Assembly (NCBI GenBank): GCA_035627595.1
Contig: DASPLK010000005.1
Coordinates: forward strand, 3,877-67,876
Direction of reading: 5' to 3'
Length of the DNA stretch: 64,000 bases
Source of the DNA: Minisyncoccota bacterium
GTDB taxonomy: Bacteria > Patescibacteriota > Minisyncoccia > Phycocordibacterales > Phycocordibacteraceae
A program made the translations under genes and the position numbers. The notes under the pieces are model-generated. The model worked only from the letters and a program-made list of their open reading frames with translations. It was not told the DNA's origin and made no database searches. This document shows, in pieces, positions 57,055 to 64,000 of the stretch (its first letter is position 1; every line of letters begins with the position of its first letter).

Positions 57055-57477
57055 TTACTTGCGCTTCATTCGCGCATCAACTGATATTTTGCCCGGACCC
57101 GTTATCACGATCGAGATACATGATACGAGGATGAGCAAGATAAACTCGTAGCCGCCAGGGCCCGTGAATCCGTTAGGCAGATGAACAGCGACAAGCGCGA
57201 CAAGCGCGACGAACGCAAGCACCTTTGCCACCCAGTGTGTGAATGCGCCGAGGATGAGAAGGATACCGCCGCCGATCTCCGCTGCTATAAGAAGTACGGC
57301 AAGAAGACCTGGTACCGGGAAGTTCATACCAGCAAGGAATGCCTCGATGCCCGGAACACCACCGACAAACTTCTCCCATCCGTGGACGAGGAAGATCGCA
57401 CCGACAACAACCCGCAATAGAAGTGGCGCGAGGTCGGCGAACTTTTTGCTACAAGCACAGTTAAGAATTTGCTTCAT
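57055..57477 (-). CDS. DoxX family protein
   Basis: LLLRVVVGAIFLVHGWEK, EIGGG.LL.LG, GGYEF, GPGKISVD. Confidence 0.92.
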   Translation of the reverse strand: MKQILNCACSKKFADLAPLLLRVVVGAIFLVHGWEKFVGGVPGIEAFLAGMNFPVPGLLAVLLIAAEIGGGILLILGAFTHWVAKVLAFVALVALVAVHLPNGFTGPGGYEFILLILVSCISIVITGPGKISVDARMKRK

Positions 57478-57554
57478 GTGTCTACACGTTGAGTTCGTAA
57501 TACCCCTCTAGTGTACCCCTTCATGAACTGTCGAGGTGGGGATTTCTCAGCGAA

Positions 57555-58238
57555 CTAGGTACGACGAGAAAGCTCCTTCTGCAAGGCTGCCAGGATGTCC
57601 TTCAGAACCGCTATGCGCTGCCCGGCACTAAATTCCTTCGTTAATCGTAGGTACGGGTCAATGACCTTGCCATTGTCCCTGATCTCAAAGTGCAGGTGCG
57701 GAGCGCCGCCAGACGCGTTACCCGTATTTCCAACATAGCCAATGAGGTCGCCCGCTTTAAGGACCGTGCCAGGCTTTACGCCCTCAGCGATCGCATCAAG
57801 GTGCATGTACGCGAACGTCTCGCCTCCCGGATTTGCGGTATATACATATATACCCGCACTTTCACCTGTGCCGGTACGCGTCACCACCGCATCAGTCGGC
57901 GATGCTACGAACGCACCCTTGGGGGCCATAATATCGAGCCCTTCATGCGTACGAGTTCCACCCCCGCGCACGTCACCGAAATTGCGCGCCAGCTGTGCGG
58001 GAGATACGCCAAGGAGTACTGGAATCGGGAGATTCTTAACTACATCATCGTCGAGCTTCCGTATGGCGCGCTCAACGGCACTTGAGTACCGCGAACGATC
58101 GCTGCGCTGCGTATGACTGATAATTTCTGTATATGACCCGTACGATGTCGTACGCGTTGCTGCGTGCGCATCAATGGGCGTGCTAACAAAGAGCGCACCA
58201 ATAAACATCAGCCCCAGGCTGATTTGTTTGAATATCAT
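57555..58238 (-). CDS. M23 family metallopeptidase
   Basis: Signal peptide; HEGLD, YMHL, IGYVGNTGNA, PHLHFEI. Confidence 0.92.
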   Translation of the reverse strand: MIFKQISLGLMFIGALFVSTPIDAHAATRTTSYGSYTEIISHTQRSDRSRYSSAVERAIRKLDDDVVKNLPIPVLLGVSPAQLARNFGDVRGGGTRTHEGLDIMAPKGAFVASPTDAVVTRTGTGESAGIYVYTANPGGETFAYMHLDAIAEGVKPGTVLKAGDLIGYVGNTGNASGGAPHLHFEIRDNGKVIDPYLRLTKEFSAGQRIAVLKDILAALQKELSRRT

Positions 58239-58330
58239 AGTGAGTACGTATGACTAGATGACTAGAGTGCTACCGTACTCAAATAGACGTGCGCGTGGGC
58301 ACGCTCTTTCAGTGAACCTTCATGAAGTAG

Positions 58331-59107
58331 CTAGAGCTCCGAAAGCGAGGTAACGCGAACGACAGCGTCAATGTTGTACGAAAGCCAATAGTCCATGGGT
58401 GCCAGATGCTCTGCCGGCACAAAGGTTCCCTCAATATGCACCTCCTCTCCCGTGACCAATCGCGACATAATATCGCTTGATTGAAGGACGGTGAAATCGA
58501 GTGCGTAGTGCCTGCCGTCTAATGCCTGGAGGCCAAGCGCACACTCCTCGGACTCTACGGTATCAACTCTTGGAAGGCATACGTACGTGCCCGTTACGGT
58601 ACGGCGCTCGGGGACGGCAGTGTAGCTGCCCTTGGTTGCGTCTTGTATGAGCCAATCGCCGTTGCGCATTACGAGTGTGAGTGCGACCGGATATACCGCA
58701 ACAGGCGCGTCGCTTGCGCTCGTAACTTCTATGACGGTACCGAGCACCGTGTATGTCTCGTCTATGTTTCTGTTGATTGTGCCGATATCAATGCGCTCAG
58801 GCCAAGGTGATGAGGTGGCGCGACCGAAGGCAAGCATAGGATCTGCCTTCCACACAGCCAGCAGCTCTGGTGTCACCAAGTTGGTGTAAGCAGCATCCAG
58901 TTGCTCAGAAAGTACATCCCCTTCTGCGGTGAGTGACACATTCTGTAGTGCTTCGCCAAAGAGCTGGACCGCTTGAGCCACGTCCGCGGAATAGTCGACG
59001 CCTGCTGCCTTGCGTATGGCTAGTCCTGAAATACCGGCCACAAGGAGGATGAGTAGCGCAGCGCTCAGGCTTATCTTCTGATACTTGGTGAGGTGCGCGA
59101 AGTGCAT
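58331..59107 (-). CDS. Membrane-anchored hypothetical protein
   Basis: N-terminal TM; GRATSSPWPERI domain; GTYVCLP...ECALGL domain. Confidence 0.7.
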   Translation of the reverse strand: MHFAHLTKYQKISLSAALLILLVAGISGLAIRKAAGVDYSADVAQAVQLFGEALQNVSLTAEGDVLSEQLDAAYTNLVTPELLAVWKADPMLAFGRATSSPWPERIDIGTINRNIDETYTVLGTVIEVTSASDAPVAVYPVALTLVMRNGDWLIQDATKGSYTAVPERRTVTGTYVCLPRVDTVESEECALGLQALDGRHYALDFTVLQSSDIMSRLVTGEEVHIEGTFVPAEHLAPMDYWLSYNIDAVVRVTSLSEL

Positions 59108-59132
59108 ATCAAAAGTATACACCCCTTAATGC

Positions 59133-59588
59133 CTAGGACTCAGGCAGATCCTTGTGCTTCGGCTGGGCCTTTACGTGCGGTATGCGCGGCACGACAAGTG
59201 AAGCTATGCCGGCAACGGCAGCGATAAAGAAGTACCCGAAACCTATGGCCATACCAATGGCGCCTGCATACCACAGGCTCGCTGCAGTGGTGAGGTTCTT
59301 TACGCTCGCCCCTTCCTTAAGAATTAGACCAGCTCCTAGAAAGCCGATACCCGAGACGATCTGTGCTGCGATACGGGAAGTCGACATGGGGTCAACGAGC
59401 ATGGAGAGCGTCGTAAAGAGCATGGCGCCTGCAATAACGAGGATGTGCGTACTGATACCCGCATCCTTGCCGCGGCTCTCACGCTCGGCGCCGATCGCAT
59501 ATCCAAGCGCAATCGAGAGGACAAGACCACCGAGGAACTGAAGTTCGACAAGGCCAATCACACCAAAGAAAATATTCGGGTCGGTCAT
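59133..59588 (-). CDS. MgtC/SapB family protein
   Basis: IGAERE...K.AG..TH, RIAAQIVSGIGFLGAG, LTTAASLW. Confidence 0.93.
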   Translation of the reverse strand: MTDPNIFFGVIGLVELQFLGGLVLSIALGYAIGAERESRGKDAGISTHILVIAGAMLFTTLSMLVDPMSTSRIAAQIVSGIGFLGAGLILKEGASVKNLTTAASLWYAGAIGMAIGFGYFFIAAVAGIASLVVPRIPHVKAQPKHKDLPES

Positions 59589-59651
59589 ATGCGAGGAGTA
59601 TAGCACCGCGTTCACACCCCATTCACTGCCCGTTCCGGATAGTTGCGACAT

Positions 59652-60833
59652 ATGAAAGCTGTCGTATTTCACGGGCGCAACTCGATACGCATCGATACTG
59701 TTCCAGACCCGATTATCAAAGATCCTAAAGATGTCATCATTAAAATAAGTTCAACGGCCATATGCGGCTCCGACCTGCACCTCTATGACGGATTTATACC
59801 GACCGTAGAACACGGCGACATATTTGGCCATGAGTTTATGGGTGAGGTCGTCGAGATTGGCTCTGACATTACGCGACTCCAGATTGGCGATCGCATCATT
59901 GTCCCTTTCATCATTACGTGCGGTATATGTGAGTTTTGCACACGCGGTTTCTGGTCCCTATGCGACAACACTAATCCGAACAAGGAGATGGCTGAGAAGG
60001 TGTACGGGTACTCTCCTGCTGGCTTCTACGGATACTCTCATATGTTCGGCGGATACTGCGGCGGACAGGCGGAGTATGCCCGCGTACCCTTTGCTGAGAC
60101 GAGCGTCTTTAAGGTGCCCAAAGACCTTCCGGATGAAAAGCTGCTCTTCCTCACAGATATATTCCCGACCGGATACATGGCAGCAGAGAATGCGGACATC
60201 CCTCCTGGCGGCGTTGTTGCGGTTTGGGGCGCAGGTCCAGTCGGACAATTTGCAATACGCTCAGCCTTCATGCTCGGCGCGAGCCGTGTCATAGCCATCG
60301 ATCGATTTCCAGAACGATTGGAAATGGCGCGCGCAGGCGGCGCGGAGACAATTGACTATGAAGACGATGCCAAAGTCTCTGAGGCGTTGAAGGAGTTAAC
60401 AAACGGTAAGGGCCCTGACTCTAGTATTGATGCGGTAGGCATGGAAGCACACGGTGCAGGCGCACTTGGGGGCCTTATGGATGCCTATGATAAGGCTAAA
60501 CAAGCAGTGATGCTGGAAAGCGATCGCCCCACCGCCCTTCGCCAGGTGCTCTACTGTGCGAAGAAGGGTTCGACCGTCTCTATTCCAGGCGTATACGGTG
60601 GGCTCGTCGACAAGTTCCCTATCGGCATGGCATTCAATAAGGGCCTAACGCTTAAGATGGGTCAGACACACGTGCAGCAGTACGTACCGCTCCTTTTAGA
60701 GAAGATCGTCACGGGAGAATTCGATCCGTCTTTTGTGGTAACGCACCGACTGTCACTTGATGAAGCGCCACACGGCTATGAGATCTTCAAAAAGAAAGAG
60801 GATCGGTGTGTGAAAGTGGTCCTCACTCCCTAA
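59652..60833 (+). CDS. Zinc-dependent alcohol/formaldehyde dehydrogenase (YbdR-like)
   Basis: ICGSDLH, GHEFMG, CGICEFC......C, GGQAEY, DIFPTGY, GAGPVG. Confidence 0.92.
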   Translation: MKAVVFHGRNSIRIDTVPDPIIKDPKDVIIKISSTAICGSDLHLYDGFIPTVEHGDIFGHEFMGEVVEIGSDITRLQIGDRIIVPFIITCGICEFCTRGFWSLCDNTNPNKEMAEKVYGYSPAGFYGYSHMFGGYCGGQAEYARVPFAETSVFKVPKDLPDEKLLFLTDIFPTGYMAAENADIPPGGVVAVWGAGPVGQFAIRSAFMLGASRVIAIDRFPERLEMARAGGAETIDYEDDAKVSEALKELTNGKGPDSSIDAVGMEAHGAGALGGLMDAYDKAKQAVMLESDRPTALRQVLYCAKKGSTVSIPGVYGGLVDKFPIGMAFNKGLTLKMGQTHVQQYVPLLLEKIVTGEFDPSFVVTHRLSLDEAPHGYEIFKKKEDRCVKVVLTP

Positions 60834-61432
60834 TCAATGGAGAGCGTGCTCGCGACTTCGCTGACCGCATCTGCGCGTGAAGTCTCCATATAGGTCGGAA
60901 GCGGCTGGTATATGAGAAGAACAGCAGTCTCTGATCCATCTTTCTCATAGGGGAAGGCATACACAGGGCCAAATGCGTAGGTATCGGTCTCCCCGGTGGA
61001 GAACGTCGTCTCAGCAAGCGTTAGATAGAGCTCAAGGCCAGTGTCGCCAGAAACGGTAGTGAATGCAGTTTGATCTACAACATCCGTACAGTTGAGCGTT
61101 TGGTCTGGTCCATCTGCAGCACAAAGAGTTTTCGCCCGTTCAATTGCAAAAGCCTCGAAGCTCTCGTACTCGCCAAAGCTCTCCTGAAAGGATACGTCCA
61201 CGACCGAAGTGAACGACTCCCCTTCTCGTGTTCCAACTGAAATATTCTCCGGCGTATACTCGTTAGTGGTAAGTCCCTCCGGATACGTAAACGAGTAACC
61301 GTATGTCTGGTTCTCGTATCTAAGCTCTGATTCAACGATAGGCGCTTCAGGAGTTGTACGAGAAAAGGCGTAAATGCCGCCAAGGACAGCTGCTGCGATG
61401 AGGGCACCGATAACGATTTTCACAGTGTTCAT
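60830..61432 (-). CDS. Exported hypothetical protein (PsbP-like start)
   Basis: TM, then [13 protein letters not shown]; LCAADG...C. Confidence 0.65.
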   Translation of the reverse strand: MNTVKIVIGALIAAAVLGGIYAFSRTTPEAPIVESELRYENQTYGYSFTYPEGLTTNEYTPENISVGTREGESFTSVVDVSFQESFGEYESFEAFAIERAKTLCAADGPDQTLNCTDVVDQTAFTTVSGDTGLELYLTLAETTFSTGETDTYAFGPVYAFPYEKDGSETAVLLIYQPLPTYMETSRADAVSEVASTLSID

Positions 61433-61492
61433 GGAAATTAGTGGTGAACTTGGTAACGTGAAAGGAAGTTAGGAACGTAGTATACCGAACAC

Positions 61493-62608
61493 ATGCAAAG
61501 AATACCGAATGTAGCCCGTGCGCTCCTTGTCATTGCCGTAGTCCTGGTAGCGGGCACGGCTCTTTATATAACACTTGGCAAAGAGGAAAGGATGCCTGCG
61601 CGTACGCTTGATGCATCCTTACCAAAGGAAGCGCTCACCGAGATTGCGGGCAATCTTGAAATACCTTGGGATATTGCATTTATTGATGACGGCCTGCTCG
61701 TATCTGAACGCACCGGGAACGTGGAACTCATACGTGCTGATGGAAGCCGAAAGGAGATACCTATAGAAGGCGTGCACGATCGGGGCGAGGGTGGTCTCTT
61801 GGGCCTCACCCTCCATCCAGATTTTAAGCGTACCGGCTACGTGTATCTTTACATGTCCTCCCCAGCACAGGATGGCACCACCAACCGCATCGTTCGGTAT
61901 CGCTATGAGGACGAGGCTCTTACGGAAGATCGCGTCATACTTGAGGGCATCCCGGGCGCTATTTACCATGATGGCGGCAGAATGGAGTTTGGTCCTGATG
62001 GCTATCTCTATGTCACCACAGGCGACGCGACCGAACCGTCCATTGCTCAAGACCTCTCTTCGCTCGGTGGAAAGATCCTGCGCATGACCGATGACGGCGC
62101 ACCGGCTCCGGGTAACCCGTATGATTCGCTCATCTATTCCTATGGACATCGCAACCCTCAGGGCCTCGCCTGGGACGCAGCAGGGCGCCTTTGGAGTACA
62201 GAGCACGGCAGGTCAGGCGTGCAGTCAGGGCTTGATGAGATAAATCTAATTGAGGCGGGTGCAAACTACGGATGGCCTACTATCGAAGGAGACGCCGAGG
62301 AAGAAGGCATGCGTACGCCGGCACGCCACTCAGGCACTCGTGACACCTGGGCTCCTGCAAGCCTCGTGTACCATAAGGGTTCCCTATACTTTGGCGGTCT
62401 TCGCGGCGAAGCTCTATATGAAGCAGTGCTCGACGGCACGCGCGTTACGGAAGTGAAAGAGCACTTTGCGGAAACCTATGGCCGCATACGCACCGTGCGC
62501 CTTTCGCCGGATGGTTACCTCTATATCACCACAAGCAATCGTGACGGTCGCGGAAATGCAGACGACGCGGACGATCGCATCATCCGCGTCGATCCTGCAA
62601 GCCTCTAG
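61493..62608 (+). CDS. PQQ-dependent sugar dehydrogenase (GSDH family)
   Basis: LEIPW, GEGGLLG, HDGGRMEFGPDG, YGHRNPQG, TEHG, GANYGWP. Confidence 0.92.
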   Translation: MQRIPNVARALLVIAVVLVAGTALYITLGKEERMPARTLDASLPKEALTEIAGNLEIPWDIAFIDDGLLVSERTGNVELIRADGSRKEIPIEGVHDRGEGGLLGLTLHPDFKRTGYVYLYMSSPAQDGTTNRIVRYRYEDEALTEDRVILEGIPGAIYHDGGRMEFGPDGYLYVTTGDATEPSIAQDLSSLGGKILRMTDDGAPAPGNPYDSLIYSYGHRNPQGLAWDAAGRLWSTEHGRSGVQSGLDEINLIEAGANYGWPTIEGDAEEEGMRTPARHSGTRDTWAPASLVYHKGSLYFGGLRGEALYEAVLDGTRVTEVKEHFAETYGRIRTVRLSPDGYLYITTSNRDGRGNADDADDRIIRVDPASL

Positions 62609-63883
62609 CTATTTGGCGTACACGAAGAATACCTGTCCGCCGTGGTCATCTGTGACGAAGAATGAATCTTCGTCGTGCTGAAGAATGTCGACCGGACGCG
62701 CAACACGCTTGCCGTCTGCATCGAGGAATCCATCCATAAAGACTTCCTGTATTCCGTCAGGTAAGACGCGCATGATGCGATACCCATGCCCTATCTCCTC
62801 GCGGAAAGAGCCGTGGAGGGCGACGAGGAATGAATTGCGCAGCACCGAATGCGCACTGGCGTCAAAGTACTTGAGGCCAAGGGGCGCCGTGTGCGAACCG
62901 AACGCCGCGAATGAGCGTGGCACATCCGTCTGACAGTCGATGTCCTTCCTTTCCCACTCTTGGATAGTCTCATCAAGCTTCTCGCCGCGGGACTCGTAGC
63001 AGTACGGCCAGCCGTAGTGCTTTCCCTCCTCAATGAGATACATGGTGTCGTCCGGGTCATCAACGCCCAGATGATCAACGCCGTTCTCTGTCGCGTAGAG
63101 TGCTCCGCGAGCCCACTCAAGCCCTACCATGTTCTTTGTGCCTTTTGCATAAACGCGGATATTCTCGCCGTCTGGATCCATGGCAAGGATCATGGCACGC
63201 ATCTCACTCTCAGGCTGCTCGCACGCATTGCAACCACTACCAACTGAGACATACAGCGTGTCATCAACAAACAAGAGCGTACGCGTAATATGCCAGACAA
63301 TACCGTCTGCCTCTGGACTCTGCCAGTCCTCAAAAGTCGCTATAACTTCGCCCGTACCGCGCGGTGCCGTGTCCCCTGCCTCATAGCGATGACGTACGAG
63401 ACGGTCGGTAAGGGTGTAGTAGATCCAGGTGACACCCTCGGCATCCGTATAGAACGCAACTGAGTTAGGACCGCGCAGGTCTGAGAGGAACGTGCTCTTC
63501 TTCTCAAAGCGCATCGTCTCTTCGTTAAAGTCCTCGAGCACGTATATCTTTCCTTCGCGCGAGAGGTTCATATTAACGAGATCTGGCACGAATAGGCGGC
63601 CATCTGGACTCATGGTCATGAAGCGTGCTTTACCGAGCCCATCGGCCGCGATAGTCGCTTCAAACGGCTCAGCGATGCGGAACGCAGCCTCAGTACCGTC
63701 TGAGAGCGTAATAGTGCGGGACACGAGATTGATTGCTTCCGGAGCTTCCTCAACCTGCGGCAAGCCCTCAAGTGTTCGTTCTGGCTTTCCTTGCGTAAGG
63801 CCCCAGCCAACGACAACCGCAAGTGCGGCAAGGCCAACGGCTATGGCTATCGGACTAAGTGTCTCTGAAGAATGCTTTGTCAT
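62609..63883 (-). CDS. Glucose/sorbosone dehydrogenase-like beta-propeller protein
   Basis: H.TRTL, LYVSVGSGCNAC, ENG.D, YGWPYC, HTAPLG, VALHGS, RPVD, TDD. Confidence 0.85.
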   Translation of the reverse strand: MTKHSSETLSPIAIAVGLAALAVVVGWGLTQGKPERTLEGLPQVEEAPEAINLVSRTITLSDGTEAAFRIAEPFEATIAADGLGKARFMTMSPDGRLFVPDLVNMNLSREGKIYVLEDFNEETMRFEKKSTFLSDLRGPNSVAFYTDAEGVTWIYYTLTDRLVRHRYEAGDTAPRGTGEVIATFEDWQSPEADGIVWHITRTLLFVDDTLYVSVGSGCNACEQPESEMRAMILAMDPDGENIRVYAKGTKNMVGLEWARGALYATENGVDHLGVDDPDDTMYLIEEGKHYGWPYCYESRGEKLDETIQEWERKDIDCQTDVPRSFAAFGSHTAPLGLKYFDASAHSVLRNSFLVALHGSFREEIGHGYRIMRVLPDGIQEVFMDGFLDADGKRVARPVDILQHDEDSFFVTDDHGGQVFFVYAK

Positions 63884-63886
63884 AGG

Positions 63887-64000
63887 CTACTGTGTGCGAG
63901 TAAAGATAAGCACGCCGCCCCGGCCCATATACGTAAGTTCAAGCCGTTCAGGCGTGAGCGCATCAACCTTGAAATACAGTGGCTCAACCCCTTCCTCTTC
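63887..64000 (-). CDS. C-terminal end of a hypothetical protein (5'-truncated)
   Basis: Open frame ...LYFKVDALTPERLELTYMGRGGVLIFTRTQ* ending 3 nt before the next ATG. Confidence 0.6.
   Translation of the reverse strand, partial: EEEGVEPLYFKVDALTPERLELTYMGRGGVLIFTRTQ

Noticed and set aside
58245-58275. TAGCACTC half-CIRCE and TAGTCAT tandem upstream of the M23 gene
   Set aside because: The second CIRCE half is missing; the repeat is too short to interpret

Overview
A gene-dense 64 kb bacterial chromosomal segment using genetic code 11 (TGA is a stop). Gene content and style suggest a streamlined Patescibacteria/CPR (Parcubacteria-like) genome: short intergenic gaps, few Shine-Dalgarno sites, a ValRS lacking its C-terminal coiled coil, and an insertion in TsaD. 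This taxonomy is inferred, not proven. The window holds housekeeping genes (tsaC, tsaD, valS, lepA, murJ, class II RNR, groES/groEL, secG, rnj, mutY, nth, typA, mltG, a DEAD-box helicase), five tRNAs (Val, Phe, Arg, Gly, Ser), RNase P RNA, an RND efflux pair, and many oxidative/general-stress and membrane genes. I found no transposase, integrase, prophage or CRISPR array. The most notable signals are: (1) a highly structured ~160 nt intergenic element with mutually exclusive pairings next to msrA; (2) a tRNA-Phe whose CCA end directly abuts the next ATG; (3) pervasive leaderless promoter architecture, contrasted with five stand-alone promoter-SD-ORF-terminator cassettes; (4) a structured leader on the DEAD-box helicase; (5) tRNA-Gly with an A73 discriminator; and (6) two HhH glycosylases lacking the canonical Fe-S cluster motif. 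All family calls come from motif recognition by eye, not database searches.
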